Source: a virus (Duplodnaviria > Caudoviricetes). From it: 56,511 nucleotides of DNA. Position numbers and translations under genes: made by a program. The notes beneath the pieces were generated by a model that was not told where the DNA came from, made no database searches, and saw only the letters and a list, made by a program, of their open reading frames with translations. Shown here in pieces: positions 8,061 to 17,880 of the stretch. How positions within the stretch are numbered: the stretch's first letter is position 1; each line of letters begins with the position of its first letter. The stretch is from the IMG/VR virus record IMGVR_UViG_3300045284_000397, positions 1 to 56,511 of that record; one strand, 5' to 3'.

Positions 8061-8944
8061 CCACGCTCTACGCGAGTCTTGACCAAACCAAAGACATTCT
8101 CACCGCGACGCAGCCCACGCAGGTGAGCCTAACCGTCAACGACCGTCTGCTGCTGCGTCTTTTGCGCGTGGTCAGCCAGCGCGTCGATAATCTGTTCCCG
8201 TCCGTGCCGCGCTGGTCGATGTTCGCGCCTCAAATCGGCACGCGCACGTTTTTGATGAGCGCGGCGGCGATCAACAGTTGGGCGAACACCTTCACATTCA
8301 GCGCCGACCTGCTCTCCGCCAGCGCCATCAGCGTCAACGGCACTCCGTTCACCGTTGGCTCGAACATCACGCTCTATCCTGACCCGTCGCAGCCGCCCTT
8401 TCACGCCATCCAGCTTGCCGATCCGCTCAATCAGTGGAGTTATTACCTGTGCGGCGATACGCGCACGCCGATGATCGCCATTACGGGCGTCTGGGGCTTC
8501 CACAGCGACTACGCCAACGCATGGCTGGCGGTCGATACACTGGCGGCGGCGATCACGACGACCACAGCGACCACGCTCACGACCGCCCATATCAGCAGCA
8601 CGCCGGATGTCTACGGGCAAGTGCCGCAGATCAGCGCGGGCAATCTGCTGCTGATCGACAGCGAATACCTGGAAGTCGTCCTAGCCCCACCGGGCAGCGC
8701 GGTTGTCACCGTCCGGCGCGGCGTCAACGGCTCAACGGCGGCGACGCACGCGCAGGATGCGCCGGTCAGCGTGTGGCAAGTCGAGCCGAGTGTCAATCAG
8801 GCGGTCGCGCGCCAGGCGGCGCTCAACTATTCGAGGCGTGGGGCATTCACAACCGTCGAAGTCAGCGGGATGAGTGAAGTGCGTTTCCCACAAGACATGC
8901 TCAATGAACTGTATGCCACGATGCAAGCCTATGTCTACGGCTAA
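8057..8944 (+). CDS. Head-tail adaptor/connector with inserted beta domain
   Basis: 'YASLDQTK', 'ITGVWGF' and 'V.QA..RQAA..Y.RR'; insert 'LIDSEYLEV..VRRGVNGSTAATH'. ATGA start. Confidence 0.65.
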   Translation: MTTLYASLDQTKDILTATQPTQVSLTVNDRLLLRLLRVVSQRVDNLFPSVPRWSMFAPQIGTRTFLMSAAAINSWANTFTFSADLLSASAISVNGTPFTVGSNITLYPDPSQPPFHAIQLADPLNQWSYYLCGDTRTPMIAITGVWGFHSDYANAWLAVDTLAAAITTTTATTLTTAHISSTPDVYGQVPQISAGNLLLIDSEYLEVVLAPPGSAVVTVRRGVNGSTAATHAQDAPVSVWQVEPSVNQAVARQAALNYSRRGAFTTVEVSGMSEVRFPQDMLNELYATMQAYVYG

Positions 8945-8953
8945 GGGGGCGCT

Positions 8954-9463
8954 ATGAGTGATACGTCCCCGATTGCCCTCAGGGAACTCAAAGACCGCAT
9001 CGGCGCGATCATGGTCGAGGCGCTGGCGAACCTGCCGACGCCCGTGCAAGCCGTCTCATTCCCGCGCTGGTACGTCAAGTCGTCCGAGTTCCCGTACCTC
9101 ATTCACCGCTCCGCGCCGATCACCTCCGTTTTCGGCGCGGACGATTACGGCGACGAAATCGCTACCTACGCCTACACCGTCACCAGCCGCCTGATTTACG
9201 CGCACATCACGGCGGGCTATGAAGGTGAGGTGGATGAAGCCATCGACGACGCCATTCCGCAGATCATCCAGTACCTCGACGCGCGCGAACTGCTGCAATG
9301 CGCGGACTTTCCCGACGCCATGCAGTACATCCGCGAGGCGAATTTTCAGGCGTGCAGCGGCTTTCAGGAGTTCCCGTTGAGTGTCGCGGGCACTATTCAG
9401 GCGGGCGCGGAGTTTCTTTGGCGCGTGGAGTTCGATGTCGATCAAGTTCAGGCTTTTACGTGA
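8954..9463 (+). CDS. Putative tail terminator
   Basis: Acidic protein of about 170 aa, between the adaptor and the tail tube. Confidence 0.5.
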   Translation: MSDTSPIALRELKDRIGAIMVEALANLPTPVQAVSFPRWYVKSSEFPYLIHRSAPITSVFGADDYGDEIATYAYTVTSRLIYAHITAGYEGEVDEAIDDAIPQIIQYLDARELLQCADFPDAMQYIREANFQACSGFQEFPLSVAGTIQAGAEFLWRVEFDVDQVQAFT

Positions 9464-10092
9464 CGCCAGTGCTTATGGTTCACGATAAGACCAACTGTCC
9501 ATTGAGCTACACCATACAGTTCGCCAAGTGCGCGTTGAGAAATTCCGCCTAACGCATAACGCTGGCGGATTTCAAGCACCTGCTGCTCGGTGAGTTTGTG
9601 ACGACCATGTTTCTCGCCCGGTTGAGAGGTGCTTTTACGCCTACCCTTGCGCGCCATATCATCCATATTGTCTTGATGTGTACCGAGCCACAAATGCCGA
9701 GGGTTCACACAAGCGGGGTTATCACCTTCGGGGCAGTTATGGAGTACCTGTAATCCGTCTGGAATTTCTCCATAGGTGAGGAGGTAAGAAATACGATGGG
9801 CAGATTGCGCATGTCCATTCCATCCTATCTTCCCGTAACCGTCTTCATTGCGATATGCCGTCCACAGCCAGCACGAATTCTCACCACCCGATTTATCGAC
9901 CTTGCTCCAAAATCGTTCATTTAAGGGTGTTGCGGCGTTAGAGATGTGCCCATGCCCGTATAGATAACGATTGGGTTGTCCTTTTACAGCACCACTTCTT
10001 CTTTGTGTGTGAGTGGCGATATTCGTCTTTTGACCACAACCACAATGGCAGTATCCGTAGGGTATTGTGACGTTCGGGGTATATTTTGTCAT
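9448..10092 (-). CDS. HNH homing endonuclease (HNH_3-like) with CxCGCG N-terminus and HTH C-terminus
   Basis: 'CWLWT...GYG...AHR.SY...VLHNC..DNPACVNPRHL..GT..DN..DM'. Start 10092, after GGAGG. Confidence 0.9.
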   Translation of the reverse strand: MTKYTPNVTIPYGYCHCGCGQKTNIATHTQRRSGAVKGQPNRYLYGHGHISNAATPLNERFWSKVDKSGGENSCWLWTAYRNEDGYGKIGWNGHAQSAHRISYLLTYGEIPDGLQVLHNCPEGDNPACVNPRHLWLGTHQDNMDDMARKGRRKSTSQPGEKHGRHKLTEQQVLEIRQRYALGGISQRALGELYGVAQWTVGLIVNHKHWRHVKA

Positions 10093-10172
10093 AGTCAGTG
10101 TCCTCCAAAGACATTGGCTCATGCCCGGGCGTTGACGCGCGCGGGGCGCTTCTATCCCCCTCAATTGTACCT
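10076..10172 (-). promoter_or_regulatory. Structured leader of the HNH gene
   Basis: Read on the minus strand: GGTACAAT, then hairpin gccccgcgcg-cgtcaa-cgcccgggc, then RBS hairpin caatgtctttggaggacactg, then ATG and tatacc. Confidence 0.5.
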
Positions 10173-10210
10173 CAAACCAACACTAACTACTAGTAAGGAG
10201 TTCACATCTA

Positions 10211-11056
10211 ATGCCAGATCGTCAGATCGTCTCAGCGGGAAACAAATACGGTTTTCTCGGATTTTGTGACTTTGAGGGTTTCCTTGTCGGCTCAACGCCG
10301 ACAGCGCCGGGCGCTGCCAGTGCCACCAACGGCGGCATGGCGCGCATCCTGGGCGTCAAGCAGGTAGCGATCACCGTCCCCGAACCCGACAGCACGATTG
10401 TCACGTGGGATGATGACAGTTTTGCCGAGTTCATTTTCCAGAGTACGGCGACGCGGCGCTTCCTGATTGACGTGGCGATTCAGGATTTGACCTTCGCCAG
10501 CAAACTTCAGGACACGGCGATTGTCAGCAAGGGCAGCGTCAATATCGGCGCGCTCGATGCGACCGGACGCCCGCAGTACGACGTATGCGGCATTTTCCAG
10601 AGCCGCGCCAAACAGGAGTACGTCAGCGCGAAGGGCGTCAAAGCGTGGGGCGGCACGATCATGCCCTCCGGTCAAGCGGTCTGTCTCGGACGCCAGAATT
10701 ACAATGAGCGCGCCGGGGCGGTCTATCGCTTCGCCGTGACGCCCAATCAGGTCAACCATTACCCTTGGGGTGTGACCGTGATTGACGTGAACAATACCAT
10801 CATGAGCGCCAGCATGTTCCCGTTCGACAGCGACTACCCGATCACCCTGCACCGCAGCACGGGCGCGTTGGCAGCTATCCCCGTCGATTACACGCCTGTC
10901 GATGTGGCGCACAGCGCGTCTGATACTGAGCGCGTCGCCAACACGGTCAGCAGCGTGGTTGCGGCGACGAAAATCATCAATATCACGCCCACGCCGGGAA
11001 CGACAGGCGCGCGCACCGTGACCCTGTATTCCTTCAGCGGTGGTGATCCAACGTAG
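10211..11056 (+). CDS. Major tail (tube) protein
   Basis: Strong RBS TAAGGAG; 281 aa and beta-rich; lies just upstream of the frameshifted chaperone and tape measure. Confidence 0.7.
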   Translation: MPDRQIVSAGNKYGFLGFCDFEGFLVGSTPTAPGAASATNGGMARILGVKQVAITVPEPDSTIVTWDDDSFAEFIFQSTATRRFLIDVAIQDLTFASKLQDTAIVSKGSVNIGALDATGRPQYDVCGIFQSRAKQEYVSAKGVKAWGGTIMPSGQAVCLGRQNYNERAGAVYRFAVTPNQVNHYPWGVTVIDVNNTIMSASMFPFDSDYPITLHRSTGALAAIPVDYTPVDVAHSASDTERVANTVSSVVAATKIINITPTPGTTGARTVTLYSFSGGDPT

Positions 11057-11135
11057 TTTAGCCCGGATTGAAGAACCCGCCGAAGTATTTCCTTCCAGCG
11101 GGGCAATCCCTCACTTACGGGGAGAAAGCAAGTCA

Positions 11136-11438
11136 ATGTTTGAATACGAAGGCGCAAAGATAAGTGCCAGAACTCTCACTATCGGCGACGATGAAACAAT
11201 CGCCGTTCTGCAAGGCAGACTGACGATTGGCACGCGCCTCTACTCCGCCGTCCAGTATTTCGAGTTCGTCCTCGGCGCGCAGATCGACGGCGACAGTCCC
11301 GTGCCGCTCGTGACGGAAGCCAGCAGCGAAGCCGAAGTCATGGCGGGACTGGAAGCGTGGAAAGCCCTGCCGCGCCGCTTTTTGAACCAATGGCGGGCGG
11401 AAATTGCCCGAATGGAGAGCGCCGGAAAAAACGAGTAG
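11136..11438 (+). CDS. Tail assembly chaperone (gpG-like)
   Basis: Position; ends GGA AAA AAC GAG TAG, which contains a slippery heptamer. Confidence 0.75.
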   Translation: MFEYEGAKISARTLTIGDDETIAVLQGRLTIGTRLYSAVQYFEFVLGAQIDGDSPVPLVTEASSEAEVMAGLEAWKALPRRFLNQWRAEIARMESAGKNE

Positions 11439-11800
11439 CGCTGTCGGAACTGCGCGACTGGATGGACGCCTACGCCGAGAGCGAGCGCGGGCATTCCGGC
11501 GACGAAGACGACGACAGCGCCGACTCGGATGAGATTGAACTGCCCTACAGCTACGCGCTCTCGGTGGACTTGTGGCTGGCGTGGAAGCAGCATCACATCA
11601 TGCCCAATCCGGGCGGCTACTTGCAGCAGCCGAGGAAATGGATGGCGCTCATCCATCGCCTCAACCGAGAGTACAACCGCGCGCTGAACGCGCTGTCGCC
11701 GGAGAACCCGCGCGTGCATGTGACCGAAGACCTCGAAGACCTCTACGCGCCGAGCGGGGGGAGCGGACGACTGGGGTGGGACGAATTGACACGGAGTTAA
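11426..11800 (+). CDS. Tail chaperone -1 frameshift extension (gpGT-like)
   Basis: A AAA AAC at 11426-11432. The -1 frame is open to 11800 and contains 'MP.PGG...QP..WM'. Confidence 0.75.
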   Translation, partial: KKRVALSELRDWMDAYAESERGHSGDEDDDSADSDEIELPYSYALSVDLWLAWKQHHIMPNPGGYLQQPRKWMALIHRLNREYNRALNALSPENPRVHVTEDLEDLYAPSGGSGRLGWDELTRS

Positions 11801-11801
11801 T

Positions 11802-13907
11802 GTGACCCAGAATAAACAGGTCAGAGCCACGTTCGGCTACACCGTCGATACGGCGAGTATTCAGCAGGCAATCCAGGCGAACCAGGCGCTTCAGGCGTCC
11901 TTTGGCGGCGTCAACGCGCAGTTGGTCGTTGAACGGGATGCCATTGAGAACCTGTCGCTGGCGTTCGCTGACATCGACCAGCGTAACGCGCTCAACAAAC
12001 TGGCTCAGGACGCGGCGGCGGGCACAATTTCCGTCACTGAACTGGCGACCAAACTGACGGATTTAGGCGCATCGGAAGCCGAAATCCGCAAAGTCGCCGA
12101 AGACATGGAGCGCATCCAGCGTGCCGGACAGGATACAGGCGGCGGCGCATCCGGCTTTGGCACGCTCACCAGCAAGCGGCGCGGGATTGGCGCGCTCGGT
12201 TCGCTCGTGGGCGCAGAAGCGGGCGGCGGCGCGATCAGTGATGTGGCGCGGATCATTAGCGTCGGCGCGGCTTTCGGTGTAGCAGGCGCGGCAATCGGTG
12301 TGCTGGCGATTGGGTTGAAAGCCGTCAGCGATGAGGCTGCCAAAACCAGCAAGGCGTTGGAAGATGAGGCGAATGCGGCGCGTCAAGCACGCGAAGCGAC
12401 GCTCACGGCGACGACTAAAGAACTGGAAGACCGTAAAGCCTATCTCGTCCAACTCGTCACCCTGCAACAGCAGGAGGTCGATCAAGCCAATGCTGCTGTT
12501 GCTGCACGCCGTCAAGCTGTCGGTTCGTATGCGGATATTCCGGGGTTGGGCGCTATTCTGGAACCGGAACTGCAAGGGTTACGCAGTTCCGCCACGACTG
12601 CCGCTGAAAATCTCACCAAAACTCAGGACGAACTTGCCGGGTTGGATATTGCGACGGCAGGGCTGACCAGCACTACGGCGGACGCGACCGCTGCTGAAAA
12701 GTTGCTGACCGCCGCCCGCGTCAAGAATGCGGGCATCGTCCTCGACATCGACAAGCTGGATGCCGACGCGCGCAAGCAGCGCGCCGAGGAGGATACGCGA
12801 GCGATTGAGGTGCTCCAGCGACAAATTAATCTCGAAAAAGAAGGCTCAGACGCGCAAACCCAACTGATCGACCTTCAGGCGACTTACTACAACGACCTGC
12901 TGCTCGTATCGACCGCGACCAGCACTGCCGCCGATAATGCCAACGCCGTCGCTGCTGCTTTTGAACGTATCAACAGCGCCAACACGGGTTATCTCGGCGC
13001 GCTGAAAGACCAGATCGACGCGCAGGACGCGATCACGAAAACGGAAGCCAAGATCGCCCAATTACGCGCCGACGCCGCCGACAAAGCCGCCGACGCGGAG
13101 CAAAAGCGCAGCGATGCCGATGCTCAGTCGCGCGCCGACGCCGACGATAAACGCGCGCAAATTGAAGCGGACGGCGCGGACAAGCTGGCGCAAATTGAGA
13201 GTGACGGCGCGGAGAAACGCCAGCAGATTGAAGCCGACGATGCCGACAAGCGCGCGAAAATCCTCAGGCAGTACAACGAGGATTACAATACCGCTGTCGC
13301 CAACCGCGACACGCTGGCGGCGCTCAAAGCCAAGCAGAAGCGCGACGATGACCTTGCCGACGCGGACAAAGCGCGTCAGAAAGCGACCGACGACCTCGCC
13401 AAATCGCTCAAGAAACAAGAAGATGCGCTCGCCAAATCGCAGGCAAAACAGCTTCAGCAGGTCGAAGACAGCCTGCGCAAGCAAGTCGAGGCGCACCAGC
13501 GCGCCTACGAACAGCAGTTAGCGACCATTCAGGACGGCTTGGCAAAGGCGCTGGTCGTTCAGAATCAGGCGCTGGCGCAGTACCGCGTCGATTTGACCAA
13601 TTTCACCAACGCCGTGATCGCAATGGGCGATTACATGAACAGCATCGCCAGCGGCTACGGCTTCACGACGCGCGCGCGCGATGCGGGTGCGATTGCCCAG
13701 CCGCCCGGCGACTTTGGTTCGCCCAGCAACCCCCTGCCGCCTGTCAGCGGGACGGGCGCGCAGCGCTCCCCCAACGTCGCCAATTATTCGGGCGGCGGCA
13801 TGACGCTCAACTACGCGCCGACCATCCACGCGACCAATACGCGGACGCTGGCGCGCCAGTTGGATTTGCGCTTCGCCGCCTATTTGCAAGCCGGAGGGTA
13901 TTTCTGA
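11802..13907 (+). CDS. Tape measure protein
   Basis: 701 aa, Ala-rich and helical with a hydrophobic patch and 11-aa repeats (KRAQIEADGAD-type); follows the chaperone. Confidence 0.85.
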   Translation: MTQNKQVRATFGYTVDTASIQQAIQANQALQASFGGVNAQLVVERDAIENLSLAFADIDQRNALNKLAQDAAAGTISVTELATKLTDLGASEAEIRKVAEDMERIQRAGQDTGGGASGFGTLTSKRRGIGALGSLVGAEAGGGAISDVARIISVGAAFGVAGAAIGVLAIGLKAVSDEAAKTSKALEDEANAARQAREATLTATTKELEDRKAYLVQLVTLQQQEVDQANAAVAARRQAVGSYADIPGLGAILEPELQGLRSSATTAAENLTKTQDELAGLDIATAGLTSTTADATAAEKLLTAARVKNAGIVLDIDKLDADARKQRAEEDTRAIEVLQRQINLEKEGSDAQTQLIDLQATYYNDLLLVSTATSTAADNANAVAAAFERINSANTGYLGALKDQIDAQDAITKTEAKIAQLRADAADKAADAEQKRSDADAQSRADADDKRAQIEADGADKLAQIESDGAEKRQQIEADDADKRAKILRQYNEDYNTAVANRDTLAALKAKQKRDDDLADADKARQKATDDLAKSLKKQEDALAKSQAKQLQQVEDSLRKQVEAHQRAYEQQLATIQDGLAKALVVQNQALAQYRVDLTNFTNAVIAMGDYMNSIASGYGFTTRARDAGAIAQPPGDFGSPSNPLPPVSGTGAQRSPNVANYSGGGMTLNYAPTIHATNTRTLARQLDLRFAAYLQAGGYF

Positions 13908-14377
13908 TGCCGACGGTCACAGGCGTCAACATGGCGTTGTACGCCTTCGGGTTGGGCTGGAACGTCGCGCTGGCGAGCCTCAACAACGTCGAAAACTATC
14001 TGTTTCCGTACAACCACAGCCTGATTGACAGCGTGCGTCACCGCGTGGTCATCAACAGCCCGCCGCTCGATTTGTTCCCGGTGCGCGACGACACGCTCGA
14101 CAACGCCGAACGCGGCGGCGGGACGGTCTACCATGAGTGGAACTTGGCGCTCTACACGCCCGCGCTGCTGCAATGGCGCAACGTCGTCTTCGCATCAGGC
14201 GCGACGGTCAGCACGGCAGTCACGATTTACACACGCGATGAGTTCGGCGTTTATGCCCGCTACAACTGCTGGGCGATTCAGCCAAGTCGCGCGCGCGGGG
14301 ATATCGCCATCACGCCGGGGCAGCGGGGGTTTACCCGATTGCGCCAGCGCTTTAGTGATTTGCTGGCGTCGTCTTAG
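13907..14377 (+). CDS. Putative distal tail protein
   Basis: TGATG-coupled directly after the tape measure gene; 156 aa. Confidence 0.55.
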   Translation: MPTVTGVNMALYAFGLGWNVALASLNNVENYLFPYNHSLIDSVRHRVVINSPPLDLFPVRDDTLDNAERGGGTVYHEWNLALYTPALLQWRNVVFASGATVSTAVTIYTRDEFGVYARYNCWAIQPSRARGDIAITPGQRGFTRLRQRFSDLLASS

Positions 14378-14546
14378 AATGTCGCCGGAGTTGTTGTTCC
14401 AGCGCGTATAGAATGACGGCGCTGGCGTTCATCTTGCCGCCGTATTCGCATGGCAATCCCTCTGCGCGCATCTGTTCATAAACGGATTGGAGCGCCTGTT
14501 GATGGCGCTCCGTGAGGTAGAGGTTCAGTTTGCGGTAGTTAGACAT
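14352..14546 (-). CDS. Small ribbon-helix-helix-like DNA-binding protein
   Basis: N-terminal alternating strand 'RKLNLYL' followed by helices ('ASAVILYALEQ'). Confidence 0.5.
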   Translation of the reverse strand: MSNYRKLNLYLTERHQQALQSVYEQMRAEGLPCEYGGKMNASAVILYALEQQLRRHSKTTPANH

Positions 14547-14762
14547 TTATGCCTCGTTAACATGCAGAATAATTTGAGCATTCCCGACCTTGTAAGTGCG
14601 ATATGCCCATTTCTGAAAGTAATTGGTGAGCCATTCGGCGCTGAAGGTCTCGCGGGTGATTTCATCGGTCTTGACGTACTTGCCATTCACCATCAGGTCA
14701 TATTCGTAACGGACGCTGTTGAGTTCGGTGCTGATGTTGGTGAGGTTCACATTAATGGTCAT
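14547..14762 (-). CDS. Hypothetical protein (moron cassette gene 1)
   Basis: GGAG RBS, its own promoter, and it abuts the RHH-like gene. Confidence 0.6.
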   Translation of the reverse strand: MTINVNLTNISTELNSVRYEYDLMVNGKYVKTDEITRETFSAEWLTNYFQKWAYRTYKVGNAQIILHVNEA

Positions 14763-14800
14763 TTTGTTTCTCCGTGTGTTTGTTATCTTACTATGTATAC

Positions 14801-14829
14801 ATTATGCGCCTAATTGACGTAGCTGTCAA
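14801..14829 (-). promoter_or_regulatory. Sigma70-type promoter
   Basis: Minus strand TTGACA-17 bp-CATAAT. Palindromes ATTGAC-N6-GTCAAT (14813-14830) and ATGTATACAT (14793-14802) overlap it. Confidence 0.75.
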
Positions 14830-14868
14830 TAGGCAAATGTGAAGAATTCGTAAATTCATCGGAGTTCT

Positions 14869-17800
14869 ATGGCATCCCGCCTCAATTCCATTCTGCCCGA
14901 TCTGAAAGCGGACGGCTATAAGCGCCGCGTCTATCTGGGCGTGTTCACGCCTGCCGTTGTCCTTCAGGCAACCGTTTCGACGACGCCTGTCGATGGCGCG
15001 CTCAACCTCGCCATCAGCGTCGTCTCCGGCAGCGCGGCGGACGTTTTCAACGGCTTCATGGTGCGCGTCTTCACGGCGGGCGGGTCGCTCAAAGGAACGA
15101 CCAACGTCCGCGCCTATGGCACGATCAGCAGCGCCAATCTGCCCATTCACGAACTGGGCTACGCGGATATTCCCATTGTTGCTACCGATGTGGTCAAGGT
15201 CTACAACATCGGCTATCTGGGCGACAAGCTGCCCGCCGCTGACCAGACGTTCGCGCCGGATTACCTGCCCTATGTCAATCAGGGCAGTGTGATTATTCCG
15301 CGCGTGTGCTCCGGCGGACATTTCCTCGGCTTTGTCGATCACATCGGCACGACGACGCAGACCGCGTATGCGACGATCCCGATGCCCGGCGTGAGCAGCG
15401 CCGAAGACCCCGACAGCGGCGGAGGATTAACGCATCTGTGGGTCATCATGACGAGTGGCACGGTCACGTTCGCGCCCGGAAGCGCCAGCAGCGACGCCAA
15501 TCCAACATTCCGCTGTACGGCGGGCTACGGCTTTGTCCGCCACAACGTGACGGACAACGGCAACAGCGCCCTCTGGCAGCAGTTCGTCTCGATGCAGGTC
15601 TATGACCTCAGCGCCAATCTACCCTATCGCATCCTCGACGCCTCCCTGAATGGCACGGAAGCGGGCGGCTGGAACGCCGACAGCGTGGAAGTCTACAACA
15701 ATGCCACGCTCTCAGCGCTGCCCGACGGTTCTCTCTGCGGACTCTTTTCATGGGAAACCATCAACGGAGTGACGATCAGCTACGGCAACGTCTACAGCGG
15801 GCGTTCGCAAATCAAACTGATCGGCTACCTCTACCGCGACGAGCAGAACTTGCAGTCGAGCATCCGCCGCCTGCGTTTCAGCATTCGCGGCGTGCTGGCG
15901 CAACTGGCGAGTTTGCCGGGCTTCAGCAAAGTCTTCATACGCGGCGCATCGGACTGGACGGATTTGGACGGTCTCACCGTGCGCCTCGTCATGTGGCAAA
16001 TTCTGAGCCGCTACAGTTTCTTCACCGAACTGTTCGACTTCGTGATCGACGCGAGTATTCTCAACAAGCTCTATCCCGCCTATTATCTGCAAACCAAATC
16101 GGCGCTCGAACAGCTGCGCGAAGTCGCCGACGGCATTGACGCGCGCATCACCAACACGCGCACTGGCGAACTGCTCGTCCACACGCGCCCCGAACTCGTG
16201 CCGCTGGGCAGTCGCAGCGGGATCACGACGACGCTCACGCTGGCAACCTGGATGTGGCGCGCGGCGACGCTCAATCGGGATCACTGGAAAACCGTCGAAC
16301 TCTACGAGGCGCGCGGTTTCACCGCATCGGCGACGACGCCCGCGCCGATCCTCTCGCGCTTTCCCGGTTTGACGCCGGGACGCGGCGCGCAAATGCCGAT
16401 TGTCGAGCGGCAGATTTGCGATAGTCAGGCGGACTTAAACGCGCGCTGTGGGCGGCGCGCCGCCCGGATAGACGGTTCGTTCTTCGATGCAAACGGGGTT
16501 TATGCCCGCGCCGTCGAATGGAGCGGCGATCTCGTCAACGCGCTCGATGTGTTCGACTTCTACCCGGAATACTGTGCTACGTCGTTCGACGCGACGAGCA
16601 ATCTGCGCGCGATTGACCTGAGCGCTTATCTGTATTACCTGAGCAGCATCGACGTGACCTATCACGCGGGCGGGACTGCCGACGTTCACCCTTCCTTTCT
16701 CATGGCGACGAACGCGCCCTCCGGCGCGACCTACGTGCCGCCCACCGTCGAAAGCACACCACTGCCGCCCGTCGCCTTCCCCCCGCCGCCCAATACGCTG
16801 CCCGGCTGGAACGGGGCGCTCAAACAGGGCATCGGCAAGATTGCCGCCGTGACGAGCGGGAACTATCTGGTGCGCACGACCGACTTCAGCACGCCCTCGG
16901 CGGCGGGGGGTCCAACTTGGCAGTCTATCGACCTGACACAAGCGCCCTACAGCCTGGTAGGATCCACACTGGACTGGGTGCCAGACGCCTTCAGTCCGAA
17001 GTATCTCGGCACGGGTACGGCGGTCAACGGCTGGATACTGACGACCACGCGCATCTACCGGATCACCGACATCTTCGGTACGGTCGGTTTAACGTCGCAG
17101 CACTCATTTAGCGCCTGTGACGGGGGTGAAATCCAGACCGAGCGCGCGACACAGAACAACGTTATCGCTCATGTCCTGCGCAGCGGCGTTTCGACAGTCT
17201 ACTATACGACGAATGGCTCAACCTGGGCAAGCGCCAGCGGCGTCCCCGTCGCCAGCGGCAATACGCTCAGCGAGCCGGGCTTATTCATGTCGCCGCATGG
17301 CGGGCTGGCACGAACCCTCTTCTATGCCAGCGCCAACGTCTCGGCGGGTTATACCTCGACCGATGGTTCGGCATGGTCGAGCGCCGCGTCGCCGAATTTC
17401 GCGCTCGGCAACAATCTCGGCGTCTGGCTGACAGAAGCCTTCCAGATACAGGGGACATATTACGCCTACCAAGCCGCCAGCGGTGGATTGATCAGGATTA
17501 CGGGCGCGGCTCAGACGGATGTTTCGCCGACCTACAGCGCGACGCCCTATCCGGCGAACGGCGGCGGCATACGCGGGATGCGGATTGATGATAATCATGC
17601 CAATTTCGCGGCGTGTCTGGCGCGCACGCTGACGACCAACACCGACACGGGCTTGTGGCTGGCGTATAACGGGATCACGTCCCCGTCCTCGTGGACAAAC
17701 GTCATTGCGCCGAGCAATAGTAACTACGGAGTGCTCGCCAATCTGTCGATTGTTTATCCGGCGCTCTATGCCTACGGCAATGCCCATATCGAATATATGA

Positions 17801-17880
17801 CGCTGAACGGATTTACGCGCGATGACCGGAGTGGCAATCTGGGCGCGGTCGGTGGGTTGATTAATTTGTGCGGGAGTTGA
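14869..17880 (+). CDS. Large tail tip/hub protein with C-terminal beta-propeller-like region
   Basis: 1003 aa, after Dit; Pro-rich linker followed by Asp-box-like 'YTTNGSTW' and 'TSTDGSAW'. Confidence 0.7.
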   Translation: MASRLNSILPDLKADGYKRRVYLGVFTPAVVLQATVSTTPVDGALNLAISVVSGSAADVFNGFMVRVFTAGGSLKGTTNVRAYGTISSANLPIHELGYADIPIVATDVVKVYNIGYLGDKLPAADQTFAPDYLPYVNQGSVIIPRVCSGGHFLGFVDHIGTTTQTAYATIPMPGVSSAEDPDSGGGLTHLWVIMTSGTVTFAPGSASSDANPTFRCTAGYGFVRHNVTDNGNSALWQQFVSMQVYDLSANLPYRILDASLNGTEAGGWNADSVEVYNNATLSALPDGSLCGLFSWETINGVTISYGNVYSGRSQIKLIGYLYRDEQNLQSSIRRLRFSIRGVLAQLASLPGFSKVFIRGASDWTDLDGLTVRLVMWQILSRYSFFTELFDFVIDASILNKLYPAYYLQTKSALEQLREVADGIDARITNTRTGELLVHTRPELVPLGSRSGITTTLTLATWMWRAATLNRDHWKTVELYEARGFTASATTPAPILSRFPGLTPGRGAQMPIVERQICDSQADLNARCGRRAARIDGSFFDANGVYARAVEWSGDLVNALDVFDFYPEYCATSFDATSNLRAIDLSAYLYYLSSIDVTYHAGGTADVHPSFLMATNAPSGATYVPPTVESTPLPPVAFPPPPNTLPGWNGALKQGIGKIAAVTSGNYLVRTTDFSTPSAAGGPTWQSIDLTQAPYSLVGSTLDWVPDAFSPKYLGTGTAVNGWILTTTRIYRITDIFGTVGLTSQHSFSACDGGEIQTERATQNNVIAHVLRSGVSTVYYTTNGSTWASASGVPVASGNTLSEPGLFMSPHGGLARTLFYASANVSAGYTSTDGSAWSSAASPNFALGNNLGVWLTEAFQIQGTYYAYQAASGGLIRITGAAQTDVSPTYSATPYPANGGGIRGMRIDDNHANFAACLARTLTTNTDTGLWLAYNGITSPSSWTNVIAPSNSNYGVLANLSIVYPALYAYGNAHIEYMTLNGFTRDDRSGNLGAVGGLINLCGS

